A DNA stretch of 64,000 bases from Burkholderiales bacterium. Lineage in GTDB: Bacteria; Pseudomonadota; Gammaproteobacteria; Burkholderiales; Methylophilaceae. The position numbers and the translations under genes are program-made. Location: positions 110,829 to 174,828 of the forward strand of contig JAURKY010000008.1 of the NCBI GenBank assembly GCA_030831475.1, in the 5' to 3' direction. The stretch's first letter is position 1, and every line of letters starts with the position of its first letter. The notes under the pieces are model-generated. The model saw only the letters and a list, made by a program, of their open reading frames with translations. It was not told the DNA's origin and did not search any database. Positions 42,590-52,366 of this stretch are shown here, one piece after another.

Positions 42590-43519
42590 ATGAAATTACA
42601 ACAATTAAGATGTATTTTTGAGGTTGTTCAAAATGATTTTAATATCTCCAAGGCCGCCAATTTCTTACATACTTCGCAACCTGGGGTAAGTAAGCAAATA
42701 CAGCTTTTAGAGGATGAGGTAGGCGTTCAGATTTTTCAAAGAAATGGTAAAAGACTTACAGGCTTAACCGAACCAGGCCAGCAAGTATTTGATTCAATCG
42801 CAGAAATTATTCGAGAAGAAAAAAATATCAAACGGGTATCTGAGGAGTATGAAAAAAAGGACACGGGTAATTTTACAATTACGACAACACACACTCAGGC
42901 CAGATATAAACTACCCAATGTGGTTGAAGAATTTGTCAAAAAATATCCAAAAATCAACCTTAATATTCATCAAGGTAATCCATCTCAAGTAACCGAGCAA
43001 ATCGTCAACGGCGATGCTGATGTTGGCATAGCGACTGAATCGATTGGCCTGCATGATAAAATCTTTTGTATACCTTGTTACTCATGGAATCGAATTATCG
43101 TCATGCCCAAATCTCATCCTTTGAATGAGGAGAAGATTATCACCCTAGAGCATTTAGCGACCTATCCCTTGATTACTTATGATTATGCCTTTACAGGCAG
43201 CACGATCGTTTCAAAGGTATTTAAAGAATCAAATTTAAAACCCAACATCATGCTGACTGCTATTGATGCTGATGTAATTAAAACCTACGTTAATCTCAAC
43301 TTAGGGATTGGTCTTATTGCAGAGATGGCATTTGATTCATCCAAGGATATTGATTTAATTAGCCGTGATGTAAGTCATTTATTTCCCTTAAGTACAACTT
43401 ACTTGGGTATCAGAAAAGATACATTTATCAGGGCCTCCACCTTTGATTTTATTAAAATGTTCACCCCTCAAATGAGCGAGCATGAATTACGACAATATTT
43501 ACAAAATAGGCATGTTTAG
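42590..43519 (+). CDS. cysB: LysR regulator CysB
   Basis: TSQPGVSKQI, TTHTQARY, TAIDADVIKTYV; divergent from the cys operon. Confidence 0.95.
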   Translation: MKLQQLRCIFEVVQNDFNISKAANFLHTSQPGVSKQIQLLEDEVGVQIFQRNGKRLTGLTEPGQQVFDSIAEIIREEKNIKRVSEEYEKKDTGNFTITTTHTQARYKLPNVVEEFVKKYPKINLNIHQGNPSQVTEQIVNGDADVGIATESIGLHDKIFCIPCYSWNRIIVMPKSHPLNEEKIITLEHLATYPLITYDYAFTGSTIVSKVFKESNLKPNIMLTAIDADVIKTYVNLNLGIGLIAEMAFDSSKDIDLISRDVSHLFPLSTTYLGIRKDTFIRASTFDFIKMFTPQMSEHELRQYLQNRHV

Positions 43520-43552
43520 TTAACCTTAATCTTTATATTAAGAGACTTATGC

Positions 43553-45214
43553 ATGAAATCTGATATCGAAATTGCCCAAAGTATTCAATTAGAGCCAATT
43601 GAGGAAATTGCAAAAAAACTTAACATCTCTAGAGATGCTCTTATCAATTTCGGTCATCACATAGCTAAAGTTGATAAATCTAAAATAAATCTTAAAAAAC
43701 GCTCATCAAAACTTATTTTAGTTACCGCAGTTAGTCCAACACCTGCGGGCGAGGGCAAAACAACTACCACGATTGGTCTTGCTGATGCTTTGTGTGCTGC
43801 GGGTGAAAATGCACTTGCGTGTGTTCGAGAACCTTCTTTAGGCCCTGTTTTTGGACTCAAGGGCGGTGCTACGGGTGGAGGCATGTCCCAAGCCTTGCCT
43901 ATGGAGAATATCAATCTTCATTTTACGGGTGATTTTCATGCTATTACATCAGCTAACAATCTGCTAGCAGCATTAATAGATAATCATATTTATCACGGTA
44001 ACGATCTAGGCATAGATCCTAATAAGATTACATTTAACCGATGCGTTGATATGAACGATCGATCACTAAGAAATATTGATATCAACTCTGATCGATATAA
44101 ATACAAAAACCGTTTTAATATATCTGTTGCCAGCGAGATTATGGCTATCTTTTGTTTAGCTTCATCGCTAGAGGATCTGGAGTATCGTCTGGGCGAAATT
44201 GAGGTAGCAACGAATATTGATCCATCCAAGCCATCGATACTTGCGAAAGATTTAAAAGCTCAAGGCTCTATGGTTGCGCTTTTAAAAGATGCCTTTATGC
44301 CCAATCTTGTTCAAACCATCGCTCAAACGCCAACATTGATTCACGGCGGTCCGTTTGCGAATATCGCCCATGGTTGTAACTCGTTTGTTGCGACTGAATT
44401 AGGTCTAAGTCTAGCTGATTATGTTGTTACAGAGGCGGGCTTTGGTGCTGATTTGGGTGCTGAAAAATTTATTGATATCAAGTGTAGAGCAACGGGTTTA
44501 AACCCAGACATTATTGTGCTTGTCGCGACTATTCGCGCGCTTAAATATCATGGCGGGCTTGAGAAAAATGAGCTCAATGGAGAGAATTTAGTTGCCCTTG
44601 AAAAAGGTTTTGCTAATCTTAGTCGCCATATTAAAAACTGTAATGAGCATTATGGCAAAGTGGTGGTTGTGGCGCTCAATCATTTTGCATTAGATACGGA
44701 TCAAGAGATTCAATTTGTGCAAGATGCGGTTAAGGACCTCGGAGCCAGTTGTTTCGTATGTAAGCACTGGGCGGATGGCCCTAAAGGAGCAATGGATTTA
44801 GCGAATGGCATCATTCAAATGCTTAAATTAGCTGACAAGAAGCCCTTAAAGTATGTTTACGATCTTGATGCGTCATTGTCAGAAAAAATAGAGACCATTG
44901 CGAAGAAAATATATCATGCAAAGGACGTGAAGTTTGAACCTGAGGCATCAAAGCAACTTGAAGATCTTTCAAAAAAATACAATGATTTTCCGGTATGTAT
45001 AGCTAAGACACCTTACTCATTTTCAAGTGATCCAGCCCAAAGAGGAGCTGCATCAGGTCATACATTAGCTGTTAGGGAACTTAGGCTCTCAAGAGGGGCG
45101 GGCTTTATTGTGGCTGTATGCGGTGACTTAATGACCATGCCTGGATTACCTAAGATTCCAGCGAGTGAGCATATCTATGTCGACAAGTCAGGTTTTATTG
45201 TTGGTTTAAGTTAA
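43553..45214 (+). CDS. fhs: Formate-tetrahydrofolate ligase
   Basis: PTPAGEGKTTT, GGATGGG, HGGPFANIAHG, TEAGFGADLGAEKF, TMPGLP. Confidence 0.98.
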   Translation: MKSDIEIAQSIQLEPIEEIAKKLNISRDALINFGHHIAKVDKSKINLKKRSSKLILVTAVSPTPAGEGKTTTTIGLADALCAAGENALACVREPSLGPVFGLKGGATGGGMSQALPMENINLHFTGDFHAITSANNLLAALIDNHIYHGNDLGIDPNKITFNRCVDMNDRSLRNIDINSDRYKYKNRFNISVASEIMAIFCLASSLEDLEYRLGEIEVATNIDPSKPSILAKDLKAQGSMVALLKDAFMPNLVQTIAQTPTLIHGGPFANIAHGCNSFVATELGLSLADYVVTEAGFGADLGAEKFIDIKCRATGLNPDIIVLVATIRALKYHGGLEKNELNGENLVALEKGFANLSRHIKNCNEHYGKVVVVALNHFALDTDQEIQFVQDAVKDLGASCFVCKHWADGPKGAMDLANGIIQMLKLADKKPLKYVYDLDASLSEKIETIAKKIYHAKDVKFEPEASKQLEDLSKKYNDFPVCIAKTPYSFSSDPAQRGAASGHTLAVRELRLSRGAGFIVAVCGDLMTMPGLPKIPASEHIYVDKSGFIVGLS

Positions 45215-45217
45215 TAT

Positions 45218-45808
45218 TTGAAAATACCTGTTAAAGAATCAGCATCAGAAGAGTACTTAATAAATAAATCTAAATTTATTGGTTTTGTTATTCCAGGCGA
45301 CTTAAAAAAACTTTTTCTGGATCGAATTCATGACCTTCAAATGGATCATCACTCTGCAAATCACATAGCCTTTGCATACCGAATAAAAACTTCTAATGGT
45401 ATTGATGATTATTTTAATGATGCAGGTGAACCTTCAGGGACTGCGGGCAGACCATTATTAAATATTTTACAAAATCAGAATTTAATTAATACTTGTCTAG
45501 CAGTGGTGCGCTACTATGGAGGTGTTAATTTGGGAACCGGTGGTCTAGCAAGGGCCTACTCAAAGGCAGCAATGATGGCAATTGATCAAGTCGACTTCAA
45601 AGACTTTATTAAATTAAATTATTATAAAATAATATTAGAATACAATGTATTAGATAATTTAATTGATAAATTACTTAAAGAAAAAACTGAGATTATTGAA
45701 CGTAATTTTGAAGATAAAGTTGAGCTTATTGTTAAAATGAGTGATGAGGTTTCACAAAAAATTTGCCATGAATTCCCATCAATAATTGTCTCCTCAATAG
45801 ATCAATAA
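45218..45808 (+). CDS. yigZ: YigZ/IMPACT-family protein
   Basis: KSKFIG, DAGEPSGTAGRP, VVRYYGGVNLGTGGLARAY. Confidence 0.92.
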   Translation: MKIPVKESASEEYLINKSKFIGFVIPGDLKKLFLDRIHDLQMDHHSANHIAFAYRIKTSNGIDDYFNDAGEPSGTAGRPLLNILQNQNLINTCLAVVRYYGGVNLGTGGLARAYSKAAMMAIDQVDFKDFIKLNYYKIILEYNVLDNLIDKLLKEKTEIIERNFEDKVELIVKMSDEVSQKICHEFPSIIVSSIDQ

Positions 45809-45855
45809 GAAATGGATTTGTTACTATAGAACATAATAAATAGAAAGGATATTTT

Positions 45856-47130
45856 ATGAAACTTGAAACGATTGCTCTTCATCATGGTTACAAATCAGAA
45901 CAAACAACGAAGGCAGCCACCACACCCATATATCAGACAACCTCTTTTACATTTGATAATACACAGCATGGTGCTGATTTGTTTGACCTTAAGGTTGAAG
46001 GTAATATTTACAGTCGTATTATGAACCCAACGAATGCTGTTCTCGAGCAACGTGTTGCTGAAATGGAAGGTGGCATCGCTGGCTTAGCATTATCATCAGG
46101 TATGGCTGCTATTACTTATGCTATCCAATGCATAACTCGAGTGGGTGATAATATTGTAAGCACTAGCCAACTTTATGGCGGAACTTATAACCTGTTTGCA
46201 CATACACTTCCTACCCAAGGTGTAGAGGTTAAAATGGTTGATGCCGCTGATTTTACTCAAATCGATAATGCCATAGATAATCATACGAAAGCATTATACT
46301 GTGAGACGATTGGTAACCCTTTAGGCAACGTGGTTGATATTGAATCACTTGCTAAAATTGCTCATAAAAATGGCATACCGTTAATCGTAGATAATACTGT
46401 AGCCACCCCTTTCTTGTGCAGACCTATTGATTTTGGGGCTGATATTGTTGTGCATTCCTTGACAAAATATATTGGCGGGCATGGTACCACTGTAGGGGGC
46501 ATTATCGTCGATAGTGGTAAATTTGATTGGTCAAACAATAAGAAAAAATTTCCAATGCTCAATGAGCCAGACCCCTCTTATCATGGGGTAGTTTATACAG
46601 AAGCGCTTGGCGCAGCCGCATTCATTGGTCGTTGTCGAGTTGTTCCTCTTAGAAATACAGGGGCTGCACTCGCAGCTCATAGTGCATTTCAAATTATGCA
46701 AGGGTTGGAGACACTCGGATTAAGGATGGAGCGACATTGCTCTAATGCTCTTGCAGTAGCTAAATTTTTACAAGATCATAATAAAGTCAGCTGGGTAAAT
46801 TATGCAGGGCTTAAGGGTGATAAATATCATGCCGTTTGCAAAAAAATAACTAAAGGCCATGCTGCTGGCATCATAAGTTTTGGTATTAAAGGAGGTAAGG
46901 TTGCTGGAGCAAAATTTATTGATGCCCTAGAAATGATTTTGCGCTTGGTAAATATTGGTGATGCTAAATCACTTGCATGCCATCCTGCGTCTACCACTCA
47001 TAGGCAACTTAATGAGAACGAATTAAGTTTAGCCGGAGTTAGTGAGGATATGGTTAGAATTTCAGTTGGTATTGAGCATATCCATGACATTATTGGAGAT
47101 ATCAGTCAGGCCCTTGATGCCTCGAGTTAA
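45856..47130 (+). CDS. metY: O-acetylhomoserine/O-acetylserine sulfhydrylase
   Basis: PIYQTTS, YSRIMNPT, HSLTKYIGGHG, NIGDAKSL, HPASTTH. Confidence 0.92.
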   Translation: MKLETIALHHGYKSEQTTKAATTPIYQTTSFTFDNTQHGADLFDLKVEGNIYSRIMNPTNAVLEQRVAEMEGGIAGLALSSGMAAITYAIQCITRVGDNIVSTSQLYGGTYNLFAHTLPTQGVEVKMVDAADFTQIDNAIDNHTKALYCETIGNPLGNVVDIESLAKIAHKNGIPLIVDNTVATPFLCRPIDFGADIVVHSLTKYIGGHGTTVGGIIVDSGKFDWSNNKKKFPMLNEPDPSYHGVVYTEALGAAAFIGRCRVVPLRNTGAALAAHSAFQIMQGLETLGLRMERHCSNALAVAKFLQDHNKVSWVNYAGLKGDKYHAVCKKITKGHAAGIISFGIKGGKVAGAKFIDALEMILRLVNIGDAKSLACHPASTTHRQLNENELSLAGVSEDMVRISVGIEHIHDIIGDISQALDASS

Positions 47131-47133
47131 TTT

Positions 47134-48171
47134 ATGATTTTAGAAGGCATATTACTTGTTATTCTCCTCATTATCATAGCGCTAACATGGAAGGTATTTT
47201 TTCAAAAAAATGATGACAGTCTTAATCAAAAATTAGAAGATAAGCATCGCCAAATGATTGTGGATATCAATGATGCTATGAACAAGCTTTCTGATCGACT
47301 TCATAGCACCCTGTCTGAACAAGAAAAGTCCCAAAGTGAAACCTTCTTAAATGTTGCAAAAACATTAGCCACGATTGATGAGGCTCAGAAGAAGATTGAT
47401 GGAATGATGACGAATATGGTGAGCTTACAAGAAATCTTAGGTGATAAACGATCTCGAGGTGTTTATGGCGAAATTCAACTGGAAGGCCTAATAAAAAATA
47501 TTCTGCCACCTGACGCTTTTGCTCTGCAGCATACCTTTTCTAATGGAGTTAGGGTTGATTGCGTTTTATATCTTCCTGAGCCGAGCGGAACCGTTTGCAT
47601 TGACTCTAAATTTCCCATGGAAAACTACCATAAGATGTATGATCAATCGCTACCTGAGTTGGATAAAACCGCTGCCAAGAGACAATTTAAGTTGGATGTA
47701 AAAAAACATATCAATGATATATCGTCAAAATACATTATCCCAAATGAAACCTCAGATGGGGCTGTGATGTTTATTCCAGCAGAAGCAGTTTTCGCTGAGA
47801 TACATGCTTATCATCCAGATCTCATTAAAGAAGCCATGAGTCGTCATGTTTGGTTGGTATCACCAACGACATTGATGGCAGTCTTAAATACTGCTAGGGC
47901 AGTTCTCAAGGATATTGAAACTCGTAAACAGGTGCATATAATAAAATCCGAACTAGGCAAGCTAGGACAAGAATTTGACCGCTTTGATATGAGAATGAAA
48001 AAATTAGCAGATAATATCAATCAAGCCAATGATAATGCACAGAAGATTCATATCACGAGCAAAAAAATATCCTCAAGATTCAAACAGATTGAAAGGGTCC
48101 AGCTCAATGAGGCTGGCGATGATCAGGTTGAATTTGATGAATCTGGTATAGATGAGGAAAAAGATGATTAA
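47134..48171 (+). CDS. rmuC: DNA recombination protein RmuC (short coiled-coil)
   Basis: RGVYGEIQL, IDSKFP, MFIPAE, SPTTLMA. Confidence 0.93.
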   Translation: MILEGILLVILLIIIALTWKVFFQKNDDSLNQKLEDKHRQMIVDINDAMNKLSDRLHSTLSEQEKSQSETFLNVAKTLATIDEAQKKIDGMMTNMVSLQEILGDKRSRGVYGEIQLEGLIKNILPPDAFALQHTFSNGVRVDCVLYLPEPSGTVCIDSKFPMENYHKMYDQSLPELDKTAAKRQFKLDVKKHINDISSKYIIPNETSDGAVMFIPAEAVFAEIHAYHPDLIKEAMSRHVWLVSPTTLMAVLNTARAVLKDIETRKQVHIIKSELGKLGQEFDRFDMRMKKLADNINQANDNAQKIHITSKKISSRFKQIERVQLNEAGDDQVEFDESGIDEEKDD

Positions 48172-48424
48172 AATTCTTTTTTTTGCGAGTATTCGAGAGT
48201 TATTTAACCAAGAAAAGATTATGATTGATATTAATGCGTTATCAATTCAAAGCGCAGACGATTTAGTCAGCTTTTATTCACAAAAAGAGGGCGGGCCATG
48301 GTCCGAATTAAAGAAAAGAAAAGCCAAAACTAAGGTGGCAATTAATCAGGAGATGCGTGAATGGCATACTGCTATTAAAGACGGTGATGAGGTTGCATTT
48401 TTACCACCTATTACAGGTGGATAG
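48164..48424 (+). CDS. moaD: MoaD/ThiS sulfur carrier
   Basis: IKILFFASIRE...VAINQ...GDEVAFLPPITGG. ATG 48164 with GAGG preferred. Confidence 0.9.
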   Translation: MIKILFFASIRELFNQEKIMIDINALSIQSADDLVSFYSQKEGGPWSELKKRKAKTKVAINQEMREWHTAIKDGDEVAFLPPITGG

Positions 48425-48470
48425 CTTTAAGTTTTTTATTAAATTATTATTTTAAATTATTGATTATATT

Positions 48471-48887
48471 ATGATTAATTCTATAGAAGTAGCAAATACA
48501 ATTCAGTTATCAGTAGCCCCAGCTTTTTTACTTACCGGTGCTGGTGCAATCCTAGCGGTTATGGCTAATCGTTTATCAAGGATTGTTGATCGATTTAGAA
48601 TCCTCAATGAGAGTGACATTAAAATTGAAGGTAAAGACAGTGAATTAAATTATCTTCTTTTAAGAGCTCGCTGGACGCATTGGGCAATCGCATTAACAAC
48701 GACCTCTGCTTTATTATTGTGCGTTGTGATTGCTGCTATTTTTATTTCGACTGAAATTAGTTTTAGTTTGCATCGTTTTATGGATTTCTTTTTTTCAGCA
48801 GCGATGATTTCACTCATTGTTGGGCTTCTATGTTTTTTGCGCGAGGTTCATTTATCAAAAAATGTTATTAGATTAAATAAAAAATAA
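48471..48887 (+). CDS. DUF2721-like membrane protein
   Basis: IQLSVAPAFLLTG, NRLSRIVDR, FLREV. Confidence 0.8.
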   Translation: MINSIEVANTIQLSVAPAFLLTGAGAILAVMANRLSRIVDRFRILNESDIKIEGKDSELNYLLLRARWTHWAIALTTTSALLLCVVIAAIFISTEISFSLHRFMDFFFSAAMISLIVGLLCFLREVHLSKNVIRLNKK

Positions 48888-48894
48888 TTTTTAT

Positions 48895-49905
48895 ATGAGT
48901 CATAAAGCAATAATAGTCAATACTGGGGGTGGTTATGACAATGTCACTATAGTTGATCGTAAGACGAGTGATCCTAGTGATTCTGAAGTTCAGGTCCGTA
49001 TTCATGCGAATTCACTCAATTATCATGACTTTGCAGTGGTCAGTGGAATGTGGGGACCTACTGAAGAGCGTGTACCTATGGCGGATGGAGCAGGAGAGGT
49101 AATCAAAGTGGGCTCTAAAGTTAAAGACTTTAGCCCTGGTGATTATGTGGTGAGTACTTTTTTTCCTACCTGGATCGAAGGTCAACCTGAGGTTAATGGC
49201 TTTGAAACGGTGCCTGGAGATGGTGTCGATGGATTTGCGCAGGAATATGTCACCAGAGCAGAAACATCATTCACATTAGCTCCTAAAAACTGGAGCCATA
49301 TCGAGTCATCAACACTCACTACTGCAGGCCTTACTGCGTGGCGTGCTCTCTTTTGCGATGATCATATTGAGGCAAAAGATACCATTTTAATCCAGGGAAC
49401 AGGGGGGGTTTCGATTTTTGCTCTTCAATTTGCTAAGATGGTGGGCGCTAAAGTGGTTGCTACCTCATCGAGTGATGAAAAGATTAAAAAGCTCAAATCT
49501 TTAGGCGCTGATTACACGATTAATTACAGAAAAAATAGCCAATGGTCAGAGGAGGTCTTGGAGTTTACTCAAGGTAAGGGCGTGGATCATGTGGTTGAAG
49601 TAGGCGGGCCTCAAACATTAGAGCAGTCCATTATGGCATGTAAAATTGGCGGACATATCTCCTTAATTGGCATCCTAACGGGCCTTGAGGGCTCCTTTAA
49701 TTTTATTAATGCCCTTATTAAACAAGTTACTGTTCAAGGTCTTATTGTGGGTTCTAGAAATCAGCAAATAGATATGGTGGCAAAGATTAATCAATCACAA
49801 ATGAAACCCATTATTGATAAGGTTTTTCCTTTAAATAACATTGTTGAGGCATTTAAGTACCAAGAATCAAATCAGCATTTTGGTAAAATTTGTTTAGAAA
49901 TTTAG
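48895..49905 (+). CDS. NAD(P)-dependent medium-chain oxidoreductase (zinc-ADH-like)
   Basis: SLNYHD, DGAGEV, AGLTAW, QGTGGVS, HFGKI. Confidence 0.9.
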   Translation: MSHKAIIVNTGGGYDNVTIVDRKTSDPSDSEVQVRIHANSLNYHDFAVVSGMWGPTEERVPMADGAGEVIKVGSKVKDFSPGDYVVSTFFPTWIEGQPEVNGFETVPGDGVDGFAQEYVTRAETSFTLAPKNWSHIESSTLTTAGLTAWRALFCDDHIEAKDTILIQGTGGVSIFALQFAKMVGAKVVATSSSDEKIKKLKSLGADYTINYRKNSQWSEEVLEFTQGKGVDHVVEVGGPQTLEQSIMACKIGGHISLIGILTGLEGSFNFINALIKQVTVQGLIVGSRNQQIDMVAKINQSQMKPIIDKVFPLNNIVEAFKYQESNQHFGKICLEI

Positions 49906-49909
49906 ATTT

Positions 49910-50740
49910 ATGAAAAAAATCATTATTTTTGTTTTGCTGATTATCGCAACGGCTGCAGGAGGTTATCTCTATCTAAATGAGAATTTAGATAATATTGTCA
50001 GAGATCTAATTATTTCAGAGACCTCAAAATTAACTCAATCCAAAGTTGAGCTCAATAGTGTTGAGATTGATGTTAAGCAAGGTCGTGCTCAATTGATTAA
50101 CTTTACACTACACAACCCAAAGCCTTTTAATTCAGCCTATGCCATCAAGATTGATGAGGCGATACTTGATATCGACCCAAAAACTATATTTGATGAGGTT
50201 GTGACGATTGAAGAAATAACGATTGATGAAATTGATTTAATTTATGAGCAGGGCGATAAAATTTCTAATTTTGATCAGCTTGTTAAGAATATCAAAAATC
50301 AACCGGAGGCTGCCGAAGCTAATCAGTCCACCAATGATGAGAGTCAATCTTCAACTAATCAAGAAACCTTAAAAACAAAGGTTGAAAAGAAATTTATTAT
50401 TAAAAAATTAAATATTTTAGATCCTGAGGTTGAAATTGCCATGACAGTGTTGGGCGATAAACTTCTTGATTCGAACCTACCAGATATTCGTATGAACAAT
50501 ATTGGTGTCAAAGAGGGGGGTGTGAGTGCTGAAAAACTCTCAGAAATATTGCTTAAAAATATTGAGGAACAATTAAAACGCCAAATTAGCTTTTCTGACA
50601 TCGAAAAAAAATTACAATCTATCGAATTAGATATTGATGATTTAGAGGACTTGGAGGATTTAAAAAATCAAATTGAAGATTTGGATGAATTAGAAGATGA
50701 TGTTAAGTCCGTCATTGATCAGTTAGAGAAAATATTTTAA
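49910..50740 (+). CDS. AsmA/DUF748-like membrane-anchored periplasmic protein
   Basis: N-terminal TM, AsmA-like beta region (FTLHNPKPF, SNFDQL, LPDIRMNNIGVKEGG), acidic helical tail. Confidence 0.6.
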   Translation: MKKIIIFVLLIIATAAGGYLYLNENLDNIVRDLIISETSKLTQSKVELNSVEIDVKQGRAQLINFTLHNPKPFNSAYAIKIDEAILDIDPKTIFDEVVTIEEITIDEIDLIYEQGDKISNFDQLVKNIKNQPEAAEANQSTNDESQSSTNQETLKTKVEKKFIIKKLNILDPEVEIAMTVLGDKLLDSNLPDIRMNNIGVKEGGVSAEKLSEILLKNIEEQLKRQISFSDIEKKLQSIELDIDDLEDLEDLKNQIEDLDELEDDVKSVIDQLEKIF

Positions 50741-50742
50741 TT

Positions 50743-52170
50743 TTGCAGGCTTATCAAAAAAAAGGTTTTTGGATTGGTATTGTCTTATTTCTAGGCATTT
50801 ATTTTTTACCTGTACCTATCACTATTTCACATGAAGGCTGGATAACCCTCGCGATCACTGCCTTGATTGCATCGTGGTGGTCAACTGAGGCGATACCTCT
50901 CCCCGTAACAGCGCTTTTACCTTTAATATTGTTACCCCTATTGGGTGTAAGTAATTTTCAGCAAGCAGCCATACCTTATGCGAATCAGAACATTTTTTTA
51001 TTCCTAGGTGGTTTTATGATGGCAATTGGTATTGAGGTTTCAGGTTTACACAAGCGTTTTGCCCTCATGATTCTCTCTCACGCCGGCATTAGTAGCGCAT
51101 ATCTCGTGGGATCTTTTATGTTGGTTTCAGCCTTAATAAGTATGTGGATTATTAATACAGCCACTACGTTAATGTTGCTACCCATTGTCATAGCTTTGGC
51201 AGATACGGTTACTAAATCTGTTTCATTTCAATCCATACAACATAAACAAAACTTTCAGATTACTCTTTTGCTGGGCGTAGCTTATGCAGCAACGATTGGT
51301 GGTATGGCTACACTAGTTGGAACAGCTCCTAACATTGTATTTGCTGGATTTATGCGTGAAATTTATCATATCGATGTATCTTTTCTAGAGTGGATGAAAC
51401 TTGGCCTGCCAATCTCTATGGCATTATTATTTTTGTGTTGGCTCTTATTAACCAGATTTATTTATCCAGCTCCATTTAAATACAATGCCACTGTAAAAAA
51501 TAAACTAAACAAAATGTATGTTGACCTGGGCCCAATGTCGAAAGATGAAAGAAAGGTATCAGCAATTTTTTTAGTTACCATTTTTGCTTGGGTTTTTAGA
51601 GGTTATATCAATGAATTTGAATTATTAAAAAACCTATCAGACGCCGGAATTGCTCTTATTTCAGCTTTAGCATTCTTTCTTATTCCCTCACAAAATAAGT
51701 CATCTGAATTGCTCACATGGGAGCAAGCAAAAAAACTTCCATGGGGACTACTTATTCTTTTTGGAGGAGGCTTGTCATTGGCGGCTGCTATCGTAGATTC
51801 TGGTTTAGCCATGTGGATAGGGCAAAATCTTGGCTTTCTCGATTCTTTTGCAACGCTTTTAGTCATTATTTTTATTGCACTGGTGATTGTTCTGTTAACT
51901 GAGATCACCTCTAATACAGCCACAACCATTACCTTTTTACCTATCGTTTCAGCATTAGGCATACTCATTGGCCTATCACCTGAAATACTTTCTTACGTTG
52001 TCGTGTTTGCGGCTAGTTGTGCCTTTATGTTGCCTGTAGCCACGCCTCCTAATGCAGTTATATTTGGATCGGGACGCATTACCATCAAGCAGATGATACG
52101 TGCAGGCATCTTAATGAACATCTTAGGTGTTTTAGTGATTTCATTAGCAGTCTATTTATTTGTCAATTAA
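50743..52170 (+). CDS. DASS/SLC13 sodium:dicarboxylate/sulfate symporter
   Basis: EAIPLPVTALLP, INTAT, IGGMATLVGTAPN, TSNTAT, AFMLPVATPPNA. Confidence 0.93.
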   Translation: MQAYQKKGFWIGIVLFLGIYFLPVPITISHEGWITLAITALIASWWSTEAIPLPVTALLPLILLPLLGVSNFQQAAIPYANQNIFLFLGGFMMAIGIEVSGLHKRFALMILSHAGISSAYLVGSFMLVSALISMWIINTATTLMLLPIVIALADTVTKSVSFQSIQHKQNFQITLLLGVAYAATIGGMATLVGTAPNIVFAGFMREIYHIDVSFLEWMKLGLPISMALLFLCWLLLTRFIYPAPFKYNATVKNKLNKMYVDLGPMSKDERKVSAIFLVTIFAWVFRGYINEFELLKNLSDAGIALISALAFFLIPSQNKSSELLTWEQAKKLPWGLLILFGGGLSLAAAIVDSGLAMWIGQNLGFLDSFATLLVIIFIALVIVLLTEITSNTATTITFLPIVSALGILIGLSPEILSYVVVFAASCAFMLPVATPPNAVIFGSGRITIKQMIRAGILMNILGVLVISLAVYLFVN

Positions 52171-52191
52171 TTTTCTTGCGCAACTTAAGAT

Positions 52192-52218
52192 AAAAAAACC
52201 ACCCGAAGGTGGTTTTTT
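52192..52218. terminator. Bidirectional intrinsic terminator
   Basis: A7-CCACC-CGAA-GGTGG-T6; the minus strand reads as a C(UUCG)G tetraloop. Confidence 0.9.
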
Positions 52219-52219
52219 A

Positions 52220-52366
52220 TTATTCCTCATCTCCAGAGTCTTCATCACCATCTTCTGTTTCGGTGGTCTCTGTATCTGCGTCAGCACCATCATCACCCTC
52301 ATGATGTTCAGCGTAAAGATTAATTGAAAAAAGAAGTGCGAGGATTAATAAGAGTTTTTTAAACAT
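52220..52366 (-). CDS. 48-aa secreted acidic micro-protein MFKKLLLILALLFSINLYA-EHHEGDDGADADTETTETEDGDEDSGDEE
   Basis: Not in the ORF track. AGGA 9 nt before the ATG, classical signal peptide, tandem TAA TAA, terminator immediately after. Confidence 0.85.
   Translation of the reverse strand: MFKKLLLILALLFSINLYAEHHEGDDGADADTETTETEDGDEDSGDEE

Noticed and set aside
43520-43552. ZTP or THF riboswitch before fhs
   Set aside because: The spacer is only 33 bp and shows no structure.
52220-52366. Acidic micro-protein as PqqA or lanmodulin
   Set aside because: It has a signal peptide and no ExxxY, so it is not PqqA; it lacks helix-flanked EF-hands and is far too short for lanmodulin.
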